Positions 12,554 to 26,202 of a stretch of DNA of 64,000 nucleotides are shown here, piece by piece (the first letter of the stretch is position 1; every line of letters starts with the position of its first letter). The translations under genes and the position numbers were made by a program. The stretch spans positions 134,292,001-134,356,000 of the forward strand of contig NC_043000.1 in the NCBI RefSeq assembly GCF_006345805.1, written 5' to 3'. Under the pieces are notes generated by a model, which did not search any database, was not told the origin of the DNA, and saw only the letters and a program-made list of their open reading frames with translations. Origin of the DNA: Octopus sinensis (lineage: Eukaryota).

Positions 12554-14804
12554 GCGCACGTGCATGCACACGCACACACAAACATACACACACTTATATC
12601 AGCAAGAAGTGAGAACCATTATATTCCAACAGAAACGCCAAGCAATAGAACTACAGCCCCTTTACATCAATGTCCATACTGTCTTTCACATCTTATAAGA
12701 AGGGGCACATAAGTACCAGACAAAGTACTGGGGTTGATGTAACTGGCTAAAATGAAAGCAGTGCCCAGCATGGCTGCAGTCTTATGACTGAAACAGTAAA
12801 AGAGTAATAAAAGACAAACAAAAAAACACAAAGATATGATAACAAAATCAATGAAAAACTATTACTGGAAATATTTCAATCATAATGAAATCTGGTTTTG
12901 TAGCAAATAAAGGGATTAAAAGTTACAAATAAAAAGCAACATCCGAAATGAAAAAGTTATTTTAAATGATAAGCAAACAAAGAGATTCTTAATTTACTTA
13001 AAAAAAATTCTTTACCAAATCATTTTCTTTATGCAATTCTTTTTGTTACTTTTTGTACTCTGTTGTTTTGTTTTGACTTGATTTAAGATCTAATATTTAT
13101 GTTCAATTTTAAAAGAGAATGTTTTGAACATTAAAGAACAAAAATGTTCCTGGATTTGTATTTATTGATTTAGCTTCAGAAAGAATATAGATTAATAACT
13201 AAAACAAAATAATTACTAAAATAAAAAAAATAAAAATTTATTGTTGTTTTCTTCAAATTTTTTCCTGTTTTGTTTCATTTGTACATCACCAGTACAAACT
13301 GGATTTTCAGTTTGAGATTTTAGTAAGGGTTAAAAAAAAAAGGAATAGGATTCTTTTGTATTGGAATTTCTGATATTTTTTTTATATTTACAGATGAATA
13401 AGCTTTCCTAATGCTAACACAAAATATTAACTTTATCATAAAATGGGATTTTTTTATGCACTGATTAGAAGGAGGGGGCTATCAAGCTGAGGTTTTTTTC
13501 ATACTTTTCCTTTACTACATTACATTGTGAAATTGGTACCAAAGATTTATGACTGGATTCACATCCTCACTTAACCATTCAGCTTCTGCTGTCATTTGGA
13601 ACTTGAATTTTCTCATGATTGAAATCATATACCCCTGATAAAGTTCAGTCTGCCAGAAAAGCTAAGCAGGGATTAAATTTGTAACCTAACAGCAAGACGT
13701 GTGTAACCTCACAGCTTGACTAGAGATAATTTCTTAAGATAATACAACTTGCTAAAAAAGATGTCCAAAATTTTAAGTATAATATTCTAGCAACAACTTC
13801 AATTATATTCCACATGGAATTCATCTCCATAAATTTCTTGAGCCCTAGTTTCTAGCTAATCTGGTTTTAAGAGTTAATTCACATCGCATATCATGCAGAT
13901 GTCTTTGATAAAATAACAGATATCAAAACTCCTTTTTTTTCTTCTTTGTTTTAAGACATTGTGGTAAATAAATGAACAATATTTCTCTCCCTCCCTAACA
14001 CACTTCACACTTGTCTGTCAAATACACAGGAATTTAAATTAAATCATTATTTCTAATCTTAAGTTGAAACTAATAAGAATCAATAATCTTGAAAAATTAA
14101 TAATCAATTCATAATTTAATTAGTTCTAATACAGTGACATGTGACAAATGTTACACACATCTATTCGATAGTTAATAATTGCTCAGAGAATCAAATAGTT
14201 AAGCTATGCAGTATAAAATTTCGATGGTAGGGTCAAATGTATGGTTACATCCTGTATGAATTAATCTTACAGCTTTTATATATATATAAGCAAACAAAAT
14301 ATGTTTGCAGGAACAGGCTTCAAGATGGAAATTCAATTAAAAATGCCCCAGTTTGAAGTGTAGGCAGTTAGTTATAGGATACTGTCAGCTTTGAGGAAAC
14401 TATCTTTTCCGTCCGCATTCTACTCTCAAAGGAGATGGAATCACATGCTTTCATGGTCAGCAACAACTATTATTTCAAACAATACTTCCAAAGTTTAAAT
14501 TATGACTAGAAGGAATTCTAGAAAAACAGAGTATTTCACAAGCCAACATTGTTTTAATGATATAAACATAGAACATGAGAAACATATAATTGGAATTTTT
14601 TATAATTCAAGAGAAAGAATACCAGCATGAAATTTTAAGGGACATGCTAGGTAGGTTATTTTTTATAAGTAAGTGTATTTGATTCTAATAAGAGAACCAA
14701 TAATTCCTTTTTACAAAAATCTGATCTTATCCCAAAGTTTCTTTTTGTTATTTTGTGAAACTATTAAAAATTAGAGATATATGAAGTATTAGACTAGTGT
14801 AGTA

Positions 14805-14960
14805 GTTGCTATTTAACCACAAGTCAATCATTAAGACCTATGATCAAAGACATACTAGCTGAGACCATCCACCATGACTTTTTTCCAAGGTGCAATGCTA
14901 CCATGAGCACATTATTCAGTATGTCCTTTTCTAAGATGATATAGCTGCTATTTCTAGCTT
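14805..14960. mobile_element. Family F interspersed repeat (related copies ~35925-36020, 41520-41700, 47935-48130, 49400-49580)
   Basis: Shared gacctatgatcaaag...catgaccat(c/t)cc...gctgctatttctagc motifs, in both orientations; class unknown. Confidence 0.6.
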
Positions 14961-16249
14961 TTGAAGCAACTGCATAAAACAGACACGAGAAACTTTTTTT
15001 CTGATAGTGGATTTTTTGAGATATTACTCTTCAGAAACTGAAGCATACCACAAATAGAATAATTTAATAAAATATCATACATAGTAGAGTACACAAGATA
15101 CTCAAAATTTTGATCAAAAGAAAGTAGACAAGAAAGAAAAAGCTTTAGGAAATGAGAGAGAGAAAAAAAAAAAAATTGTTCAAACTTACAGAGTCCAACT
15201 TAGAGATTAAACTATAAAATATTAGTAAATAACACTGATTCTATAATCATAACATTATATATGCCTGACTGGTGTGTGGCTCCAAAAGCCATAGACAATC
15301 CATGTCTCATGTAAAGACTCTTGCTTAGGCTCCTGTCAAGCAGAGTTAAATGTCTTACTAAGAAGCACAATACATGCACTGAATTAAAATAAGGGGTGTC
15401 GGAATATTATTTTCAGTTCCAACCCTCGTGGCTTTCTCTATTCATTTCTTAACATTTGGAACAATATGATATGCCAAGGGAATATCTCAGAACTAAATTT
15501 AATCGTAACTTATCCAATATCCACCCAAAATTTTCAGGAAGAGGTGAAACCAGAGAAAATGAAAATACAAACGAAGCAGTTTTATTTTGAAGCTGATACT
15601 GTTACAACAGTCACAGTTATTGCTTGAGTAACAATCTGGTAATGGTGTAAGTTGACTGAAGTTATGGAAGGAGGTATTGTAGACAACGCTAATGCCAAAC
15701 CTTGGAACAATAATACCAAAATTCACCAAAACACAAGTGCAAAGGAAGGTAGCCTAGTTTGGTTACCTGATTAGAGATTACCTTAGCTGACTAAATAGAA
15801 CCATACAAAGTAATTGTAGTGGGGCATATTACAGATTCCTATGCAATCCTCAATCCAGAGCAGTGAAGTGAAGGAAGAATACTGAGAGAAAGGAAAAAGA
15901 AGGAAAGAAAAACATTCTAAAATGGGAACATTATCAAGTGTCATAGACTGCCAAATTATAGATTCTCATTTCAAGGCAGTAAATATCATTTTCCAAAGTA
16001 AAGAATTTGAAAAGCAAGTTAAAAATATTAACAATTTGAAACAAATGCGATTAAATATCAACCACTGCCATCACTCATGAGCAAGCACGACTTGTTTAGC
16101 AACACATTCTATGCTTTCGCAAATAGTTTTAGGTGACCATATAGTCACAAGCAGACACAGAAAACCATTCAATCCACTTATTTCTGACCTAGTAAAACAT
16201 CCTGGATATGACAGCAAGAAGGGCAGATGGGTGCACCAGCATTTGATTG

Positions 16250-16696
16250 GTTCTCATTTCAAGTAGATGGGAACAATGTAAATTGAGTGCCTTGTTCAAG
16301 AACACAATGTGAAATGGAGTACCTTGCTCAAAGACACAATGTGAAATGGAGTGCCTTGCTCAAGGACACAATGCAAAATGAAGTGCCTTGCTCAAGGACA
16401 CAATGTGAAATGGAATGCCTTGCTCAAGGACACAATGTGAAATGGATTGCCTTGCTCAAGGACACAATGTGAAATGGAGTGCCTTGCTCAAGGACACAAT
16501 GTGAAATGGATTGCCTTGCTCAAGGACACAATGTGAAATGGATTGCCTTGCCCAAGGACACAATGTGAAATGAAGTGCCTTATTCAATGATACAATGTGA
16601 AATGAAGTGCCTTGCCCAAGGACATAATATCTTACCCTGACTGGGAATCGAAGCCACAATCTTATAAGTATGAACCTAACCACAGAGTTATGTGCC
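16250..16696 (-). mobile_element. tRNA-headed CORE-type SINE with an internally amplified CORE segment
   Basis: Minus strand: ggcacataactctgtggttagg...ggcttcgattccc head, then repeated gtccttgagcaaggcacttcatttcacatt; a non-amplified relative is at 48780. Confidence 0.75.
16287..16628. repeat. 32-bp minisatellite, 10 full units plus one partial
   Basis: Unit gtgccttgctcaaggacacaatgtgaaatgga; starts at 16287, 16319, 16351 ... 16607, exact 32-bp period. Confidence 0.95.
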
Positions 16697-16996
16697 ATTA
16701 CAATTTTAGATAGACAAAAGTTAATAGATGAATGGCTCAGAAGAAATTGGATAGTGGGCTTCTAACATAAGTCACCACTATCAGCACAAATGCCAAAGAT
16801 GTTTCAATAATAATTCAGTGATGAGTAAGATCCCTTAGACTAAATTTGGAGATTACCATTAAAGATAAATTTTAACAATTCTAAGGAAGATGTCTGGAAC
16901 TGACAGAAATCATAACATGAATCACAGCTGCTTATGGAGATATTGAGAAACTTTATTACCAATTAGCAATATGTGAAAGTAAACCTAATAGTGTGA

Positions 16997-17196
16997 ATCT
17001 ATTTGATGGCAAATAAGATGCAAGTTTTTTTCAAAAAAATAATAAATATCTCAAAAAAATCACCCTGAGTTCTATATGTGAAGTTGGGCCCATATTACAT
17101 GTTTTAATGCAGTAAAACATTTTTTCAGATTATGCACTGTTGGAATTGGGGTGTGTCTAAAACGCCCATGAATCTTTCATGCCATCAATTACAGTA
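16997..17196. mobile_element. Tc1/mariner-like MITE, degenerate copy
   Basis: Similar to 23175-23391; ends tatttgatggca...tgccatcaattacagta. Confidence 0.55.
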
Positions 17197-18042
17197 ACTA
17201 ATAGACATTTGATACAGTTACATAACAAGGACACAGCTCAATGATGAGAAAACTCAATTCAAAATTAAGAAATAAATATTTCATATTTCATATTCAGTAA
17301 GCTTGGAATTATATCAGATTTTCAGTCTCCACCTGCAACATGTCGATTCTGCAACAATATCGCCCCAACATTTTTTATAGAATACCTAATATAAGCAATG
17401 ACTAGTAACTTTGATAACATGCAATCATAAAGCAAGCACGTTTGTATAACATTTGACATCATGTAGTGAGAGAAGCCATCTAAGGGGCAAAATATGTGAA
17501 ATAAGATAGGGTCAGAACTATTTTTTTCACAGATTTAATACAGATAAAAAGTATTTAAAATTTTACCCACAAAATATCAACTGTTCCTCACAGAGTTGGG
17601 AAGAAAAACCACATAGCGTGGTGGTGAGGAGGAGGAAAACAAAAAGAATGAAGCTAAAAAGTATTACATTAGTAAACTTAACACTTCTGCTACTATTACA
17701 ATCACTGACACCATCGTCATTTTTATTTCACTATAAAGGACAGCTGGTATTTTGGCTTCCATTCAATTAAATTCTGAAAGTAATATCAATTATGCAACAT
17801 AAATGAAGCCAGTGAAGAATTTTGATAACATTTCTTTTTCATTTCTCTAAAAACCCAGCTTCAAAGTTTTATTGCTTTAAACATAAGATTACACAAAAAA
17901 AAAAATTATTAGCATATCCTTCCTAAATGTATGTGTATACTGCTGTCAATATGTTGATAACAATATACACACACATATGCACACACATTCATATACATAT
18001 ATAGTTATATATGTGTGTGTGTATATACTCACATATGCAGTC

Positions 18043-18078
<36 letters not shown>

Positions 18079-18971
18079 ATATATAGTTACATGCGTGTAA
18101 CATATATATATAGTTATAGTTATCAAGTAGATGATAAAGTAGAGAGGTGACTTGAAAATGACCAAAGTATACCAATATTGAAATGGTAACCAAACATAAA
18201 AGGTAAAATTAAACATAGAAGCAGAAATTCAATACCGCTTTACAGCAAAACTTTGTGGTTGGCTAAAAAAAAAAAGGTCCCAGCCACTGTCATAACATCC
18301 TTAATTGCAGCAAACAGAATCAAGAAGCAAAATACTGTCTTTCATGCATATCAAACCCATGCATGTATGACAACAAAAAAAAAGCATTCTTGAGATGTGT
18401 GTATGTGTGTTTATATATATATATATAAACAGATAAAAATAAATTACACTGATTACACAAAAGATATACAAATATTATTTGATAAGAATGGATAATTTGT
18501 ATACATAATCTTATCAGTTATTTGGTTTATGTTAGTTCTATTTCTCTTCACTTTTAGTACCTTACTTTGTACAACTTTTTCTGTTGTTACTCCAATCTTT
18601 GATAAAAGATATGCGTTGTGTCAGATGCAACTCCAAACTACAGAATTTGCGGTACCGTATGTAACCTTAGCAAAATACTTTTATACCAAGCGAATTCTTG
18701 GTTTTAATGGGTCACATCCACCAAATAGATACCCACCTATCTAAACAACCTACATAATTATTAAGCCAATAAAGGAGTGACTCTGCTGTAGCATCACCAG
18801 CTAGAAATAGCATAGTTTTAGATAAACTATTATCTATAAAAAAGACAAGATTGCTATGACTGGAACACTATTGATCAGAAGCCTGCACAATGAATTATGT
18901 CCTAATGCAAAACAAAAATTTACATCATTTTTGCAGTTTACATTAGGTGAGATGTTTGTATTATGTACATA

Positions 18972-19098
18972 TAGGTACAGGCATGACTGTGTGCTTCCCA
19001 ACCACAGGGTTCTGTGTTCAGTCCTACTGCATGACACCCTGGGCGAGTGTCTTTTACTATAGTCTTGGGTCGACCAAAGCCTTATGAGTGGATTTCAT

Positions 19099-19129
<31 letters not shown>

Positions 19130-19500
19130 GTTTAACGTCCGCTTTCCATGCTGGCATGGGTTGGACGATTTTTGACTGAGGGCTGGCGAACCAGATGGCT
19201 GCACCAGGCTCCAATCTTGATCTGGCAGAGCTTCTACAGCTGGATGCCCTCCCTAATGTCAGTTAAGTGAAAACTGAAAGAAGCCCATCGTGTGTGTGTC
19301 TTTATTCTCCACCATCACTAGACAACCAGTATTGGTGTGTTTACATCCCTATAAATTAGTGGTTCAGCAAAAGAGACCAATAGAATAAATGCCAGGCTTA
19401 AAAAAGTACTGGGTTCAATTCACTCAACCAAAAATTCTTCAAGGTGATGTCCCAGTATGGCCACAGTCTAATGACTAAAACAAATAAGAAAAAGAAAATA
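18972..19500 (+). mobile_element. Family A SINE interrupted by a family C insertion (19098-19260, minus)
   Basis: A head stops at gagtggatttc; (ATC)n-led C sequence follows; A resumes at gaaaactgaaagaagccc. Confidence 0.85.
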
Positions 19501-20154
19501 GAGAAAAAAGAAAACAGTATATATAAAACTCCCTTTATAGCTACTACAATCATATCTTCACTTTATTCATTTACAGAACACTTAATCCAGTCTAACATCA
19601 TTGGCTCTCAATGTTTTTTCTAATCATAGAAATTTATGTTTAAAACAACAAAAAAGACTTCTTTCACTTTATTTGATAGCATCTATAAACTTTAGTGCTC
19701 TGTTAAAAATAAGAATTTAGGATAGAATTAATTTCATTTGAAGTATTTGATGTTATCCTTAGCATAAATACATCATCTGTATGATAATAAGCATAAGTGT
19801 ATCCAACAGCCCTCCTACTTTCCAAATACCTCATATAAAATCTTCTTTGAGATTTTAAACAAAAAAAGTCCAGATTATTTACTGAAAAAAAAAATAAGAG
19901 CAAAAGCTGCATTTTAAATGAGCAGGCTCATTTGTTAATTATTTAACCCCAACTTCTGTGAACATATCTTCAATGCTATTTAAATTTAGGAGCTTAATAT
20001 TTCATTTACACTTGAAGCCCTAAAACTAATTTATTTCTAAGCAGAGAGAAGTTTCATGAATATTTTACAAAGACCTATAATTGCAAACTACAATTAACAA
20101 CTTTCCAGCTTAATCATTATCAACACTTAGTCAATATTTAAGATATTTTACATG

Positions 20155-20367
20155 ATGGTGAACTAGCAGAATTGTTAGCTTGTCGTGCAAAATGCTTAGT
20201 GGCATTTCATCCAGTTTATGTTCTGTGCTCAAATCTTGCTGAGGTTGGCTTCACCTTACATCCTTTCAGGGTCAATAAAATAAGTACCAGTTGAGCACCG
20301 GGAGTCAATGTAATCACTTATCCTCCCCCCTCAAACTTACTGGCCTTGTGCCAAAATCATAAACCAA
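20155..20367 (+). mobile_element. Family B SINE (ttgtgccaaaa-type tail)
   Basis: ggtgaactagcagaattgttagc head, catcctttcagggtcaataaaataagtaccagtt body. Confidence 0.85.
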
Positions 20368-20395
20368 TGTTTAAGATATTTCATACTTTGCATAA

Positions 20396-20775
20396 TAGGT
20401 GCAGGCGTGACTGTGTGGTAAGAAGCTTGATTCCCAACTACATGGTTCCAGGTTCAGTCCCATTGTGTGGCACCTTGGGCAAGTGTCTTCTACTATAGCC
20501 TCGGTCCAAGCAAAGCCTTGTGAATGGATTTGATAGACGGAAACTGAAAGAAGCCCATTGTATGCATGTGTGTGTGTGTAGTGTCTGTGTTTGTCCCCCC
20601 ACCATCACTTGACAACTGATGTTGGTGTTTTTGCATCCCCATAACTTAGAGGTTTGGCAAAAGAGACTGATAGAATAAGTACTAGGTTTACAAAGAATAA
20701 GTCCTGGGGTCGATTTGTTCAACTAAAAACCAGTGCTCCAGCATGGCCACAGTCAAATAACTGAAACAAATAAGA
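20396..20775 (+). mobile_element. Family A SINE, full length
   Basis: taggtgcaggcgtgactgtgtgg A-box-like head, ggttcagtccc B-box-like motif, complete tail. Confidence 0.9.
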
Positions 20776-21032
20776 CACACAAAAAATATTCTCTTTATGG
20801 TAACTCAGCATGATTGGTTCCACATATTTGGATGTCTTCATTCAAACTGCTGAAGTAAATACTTTTACATTTAGATTCTCTCTTTTGCTTAAATTTAGAT
20901 TCCCTTTTTTGCTTCAATTAAAGGAGTCTCATTTATATATATTTATTCATCATTATCATCATTTAACATCCGTGTTCTATGCTGGCATGGATTAGACAAC
21001 TTAACAGGAACTGGTAAGACCTGGAGCCACAC

Positions 21033-21360
21033 CAATTATTATTATTTTGCTAGTGAATGCTAATCTAGTTAGCAAGTATTTCATCTTGAGATTTGGTGAC
21101 AACAAGTCTCCTCAAATCTCAAGAATCTTTCCTTAAGATTCTTGCAGAATATAGGATGGTACTTTTCTACAGGTTTGACAATGCAACTTCATGTTCCAAT
21201 TTCTTCCAGCCTTTTAAGTAGCATTTTGGGTGTTGTGCCAAGTGTACTAATTACTACAGGAATAATTGTTATTTTTCGCCTTCTACAGTCTCTTTGGCTC
21301 TCTGGTTAGATCCTGTTCCTCAATTTTCTTCAAATTCTTTCAAATTGACTTTGCTACCAT
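21033..21360 (-). mobile_element. R4/Dong-like LINE 3' end (restriction-like endonuclease C-terminus, 3' UTR, (AAT)n tail)
   Basis: Minus strand: KIEEQDLTREPKRL*KAKITIIPVVISTLGTTPKMLLKRLEE...ILYSARILRK, then a short UTR ending aataataataat. Confidence 0.7.
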
Positions 21361-21364
21361 AGGA

Positions 21365-21815
21365 ATACACAATCATTAGAACATCAGACAAAATACTTAT
21401 GACATTTCTTTCAAATCCAGCCAGAGTCAACTTTGCCTTTCATTCTTTCATCATCATCGTTTAACATCCGTTCTCCATGCTAGCATGGGTTGGACAGTTC
21501 GACCAGGGATCTGGGAAGCCAGAAGGCTGCACCAGGTTCCAGTCTGATCTGGCAGTGTTTCTACAGCTGGATGCCCTTCCTAACGCCAACCACTCCATGA
21601 GTGTAGTGGGTGCTTTTTACGTGCCAGGTGAGGCTGGCAACGGCCACGATCGGATTGGTGCATTTTACGTGCCACCGGCACGGAAGCCAGTCAAGGCGAC
21701 ACTGGCATCGGCCACGATTCGGAAATAAAGTACTAGTTGAGTACTGGAGTCAATGTAAGTGACTTGCTTCCTTCCTTTAAAATTATTTGCTTTGTGCCAA
21801 AATCTGAAACCATTA
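21365..21815 (+). mobile_element. Family B SINE interrupted by a family C insertion (21450-21722, minus)
   Basis: B breaks at gcctttcattctttc and resumes at aaagtactagttgagtactgg. Confidence 0.75.
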
Positions 21816-21838
21816 TAATTTTCACTGTTGTTATTATT

Positions 21839-22045
21839 AAAGCAGAGAGCAGGCAGAATTGGACAAAATGCTCAGTAATATTTCTTCCAACTTATTGAGT
21901 TCCAAGTTCAAATTCTGCCAGGATTAACTCTGCCATTCATCCTTCTAGGGTTGATAAAATAAGTACCAGTTAAGTACTGGGGTTAATGGTATTGACTAAC
22001 CCTTTCACTCTAAAACTACTGAACTTGTGGCAATATTTGAAACAA
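21839..22045 (+). mobile_element. Family B SINE
   Basis: gttcaaattctgccagg...catccttctagggttgataaaataagtaccagtt. Confidence 0.8.
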
Positions 22046-22864
22046 CCACCATTGCCACCACTGTCATGACCATCATTATCATAATCATCATCTAACATTA
22101 AATTCATTAAAAGTAATTTGAATATTAAATTAAGGGAACTAGTAGAAACTAAAATTAAATTTATTTAAAAATTGGTGTCATCAAACTGTGTTCCTCAAAT
22201 TATGACATTTCTATCTTTGATAAAGTTGCCAATGCTTTTCTCCAATTTATTCTTCAAACTTCTCTTATGAGTCTCAACCATACCATTTTATATACCTACA
22301 TGTGACATATGACTTTTATCATGTAGATATACCAAAAGACCAAATTTTCAGATACTGTTTCTTTCTCTTTGGTTTCAAATATTGTTCAAAAAGCATCCTC
22401 ACAATCAACCATTACATATAAAATTTAATAATTTTTTCATTTTCTTTGGATTTTATGAAAAGAATAGGCCCTCATCTCTCCCATATACTAGGACCATAAA
22501 AAAAATTAGGTCATATTACATCTTAGCTTTAATATCACAGTATTATTATTACCATACTTATTACCTCTTGGGGGAAAAAATCATATCATTTAGTGTTCTA
22601 TAATGTAGAGTGTGAAATCTTGCATGATCAGACAAAGTACAATATTTTACATGCTGTTACCAAAATTAATAGAATCAAACTGATGGTAAATAAACTTTAG
22701 ATCTTATTTTTTTTTTAAATCATTTTAAAATAGGTCCAATGGAAACTGAAATTGAAACTAATCATTTTCGATACATATAGAGTAAAATTCTTCAGAGAAT
22801 GAGCAAAAGATATGGATGTTATTTATCTGTTTATAAACTAATACCAGGCAAATCAAAATAGTTA

Positions 22865-23140
22865 AATCATCATTATTTAATGTTCATCTTCCATACTGGC
22901 ATGGGTCGGATGGTTTGGAGAGGGGCTGGCAAACCAGAGGATTGCACAAAGCTCCACTGTCTGTTTTGGCATGGATTTTATGGCTGGATGCCCTTCCTAA
23001 CATCAACCACCTTACAGAGTAGACTAGGTGCTTTCTACGTAGCACCAGCACCAACAAGGTCTGTTTTCACAGCAGGAAGCCCTTCCTAATGTCAACCACT
23101 TTACAGAGTGGACTGTAAAGTGGTTGTGTCACCAGCACTT
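22865..23140 (-). mobile_element. Family C-related RTE-tailed repeat, older copy
   Basis: catcattatttaatgttcatcttccatactggcatggg...ggctggatgcccttcctaac. Confidence 0.7.
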
Positions 23141-23174
23141 TCAAATTTAATAGTTCAATAATAATATGAAAATC

Positions 23175-23391
23175 TACTGTATTTAGTGACATATGAAATA
23201 CAATACTTTTTTTTAAAAAATTGTCTCAAAAAAAAAAAAAAGAAATTACCTCGAGTCCTATATGTGAAGTTGCTTTAACTATTACATGCTTTAATGTATA
23301 AAAAAAAAACACTTTATCTTCTGAATAAGAGCTGCTGAAATTGAGGTGCATCTAATATGCCTGTCCATCTTTTATGCCATCAAATACAGTA
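23175..23391. mobile_element. Tc1/mariner-like MITE
   Basis: Termini TACTGTATTT...AAATACAGTA (TA ends); second copy at 16997. Confidence 0.65.
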
Positions 23392-25069
23392 ATTGTTCTC
23401 AAGATTGTACAACCTTCCTGAAATAATTAATGTACATCAGCTTTGTGTACGAACAAAGATGTTACTTGAATTTCTTGCAGCTCAGAAACTCCCTACTTGC
23501 TAGGACTATTTAAGAAGAAGTATCTTATCTGAATGAATGTAACAAGTCAGGATGAATTATTAGTTACATATCAATAAATAATTATACTTTACAGCATGTA
23601 TTGAGCACTCTTCCTCTCATTTAGGAAACAAAAAAAATATGTATATGTCATGGTGTTGGTTCATCTTATCTTAATTAATAGCAAGATGTACATTATATAT
23701 ATAACAGCATTTATTATCATCTCATTAAAAGGAAGTAAAAAACAAATTATTGATTGACCAAAATCAAAAGACTAAAATATAGAAATTGTAAAAGAATAGA
23801 GTTATTTATATCTAAGTTAGTTTACTAATGAGACATTCTACAATAATTCTTCAAGTATTGCATGTCCATATGTTCACTTAAATGCATATATCTCTTACTT
23901 GAAACAATTTTCTTTATATTTCAGAACTAAAAAGCAATTTTCACCTTTCTTGGCTTGACTGCAGATAAAATGCTAGACTGAAGAGACGCAGTTGTTATTT
24001 CCTAGGCAACATGCCAAAGGCAAATCCAAAGAATGTCTTTGGTGACGCAAATGCCATGACAACAACAACAACAATAATAATAATAATAATAATAATGCTT
24101 TTAACATAGAGACATTCAATCAGAGATTTGTTGGGCGGAGTTAGTTGATTAATCGACCTGGGACTTTGCCTTCATCTACCTGGGGGTGGATAAAACAAAG
24201 ATGACATTTGCAGGATTAAAACTCAGAACCAAAAGTGATGGAACACAAGTGGATTGTTAAAAAAAAAAAAAAATCACAAATTATCGACAAATGTCTTCAA
24301 CAAAATACTTGGCAACCTTAAAATGCAGAAGAGACTATCTACACTATTTTCTAAGAGCATTGTCTACATGGTAACGCAATCCAAAGATTGTTATTGCATG
24401 TACTTTGAGATATGCTTCATTTCTGATTTATCTACATTTTTTCATGCATACGTAATGTACCATTCTCACTGATATTGGCCTACAAGAGGAATAAGTGATT
24501 CATTTTTCTTATCAGTGTGTGCACTGCAAGCAGGGTAAAGCCACTTAACAACCACTGGCTCAGTCTGCCAAGCAATAAATGAACACCATAGACAGAGACA
24601 CACATACAAATCACTTTATAAACAATAAGGTATGCTACATAAATAGTCAACAGGTGTTTCTCTAACTGGCACTACTGGGTTCAGTTCTTATATTACAATA
24701 TTGTAGAAACAGAAGATGTCAGTAACAGTATCGTTATAAAAAACAGACAGCACTTCATTGGTTAATCTGAAAATTAAAGGAACAATCAGTCAATCATCTA
24801 ACACAAATACAGAGACAGACGCAGAGAGAGAGAGACACCAGATCACCTGTTGTCAGCAAGCTGGATACAACAAAATAAATCAATCTTCATCAAACCAAAC
24901 TGACATAATTATTGAATAAAATGAAGGAAGGGAAATCGGTTCAAACAATGAAAACATCAACAAAACAAGCAAAAGTATCAAAAAACAAAGATTCTCTAAA
25001 GGGAAATTATATTATACCAACAGAGTTATTTACACACACACACACACACACACACATTATATATAAATT

Positions 25070-25117
25070 TTTAGATAGATAGATAGATAGATAGATGGAT
25101 ATATAGATAATAAATAA

Positions 25118-25150
<33 letters not shown>

Positions 25151-25385
25151 AGGATGGATAGATAGATAGATAGATAGATAGATAGAAGGATAGATAGATA
25201 AATAGATAGATAGATAGATAGATACATAGATAGATGATATAGATAGATACATAGATAGATGATATAGATAGATAGATAGATGATATAGATAGATAGAAGG
25301 ATAGATAGGGATAGATAGAAGGATAGATAGAGATAGATAGATAGATAAATAGAAGGATGGACAGATAGATAGATAGACAGACATA
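25070..25385. repeat. Long interrupted (GATA)n tetranucleotide array
   Basis: Directly visible; interrupted by gaag/ggat variants. Confidence 0.95.
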
Positions 25386-25492
25386 TGCACTCATATGTCT
25401 TTGTGTATGGAAATATATAAATATTTGCTATATTTCACACACAAAAAAAAAAAGAAAAACGCACCAAAACAGCAGCTGTGTATATTGTCAAC

Positions 25493-25534
<42 letters not shown>

Positions 25535-26024
25535 CTAGAGCTAGAATGACTTGAAGTACTTTCAAAACAGAAATTGAATCAGATCAAAAGAAAATATCTG
25601 AGTTTAAAAAATAATTTAATGAATCGATATATATTCAGTGAAGCGTGAAGAATAAAAAAAAAATTACTGAATATGTTATAATGGCTACCAACTATGATGT
25701 ATCAGAATCTACTTGAAATAAAATATAATTTTAAAAAATTTAGAGAGAAGTGACAGCAATACAGCATGTGGTGTGCTTCATTCTGTTTATTGTTTGTGTG
25801 TTTTGTTTTGATTTTACCTGTTTTTTTTTAAATTTTTACTTTCAGTCTTAAGATATCTTCCCATCTTAAGTTATTAATGAAAGTCCATCACATATTGAAA
25901 TTTAAAAAAAAAAAAACCCGTTTAAAATTTCCTGCAATTTAAAATTGAAACAAATTCAACACAAGATGTTTATTAGAACCACAGAAAGCTGATATTAATA
26001 CATACAGAATGAATAAGTTGCACA

Positions 26025-26146
26025 GGTGAATATATATATATATATATATGTACACACACAAACACACATATATACAAACACACATATATACACACAAACA
26101 CACATATACATACACATATATACACATGCAAACATATACACACACA

Positions 26147-26202
<56 letters not shown>

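Noticed and set aside
16287-16628. Regular ~32-bp repeat resembling a CRISPR array
   Set aside because: Units are contiguous with no unique spacers, derive from a SINE, and the context is eukaryotic with no cas genes.
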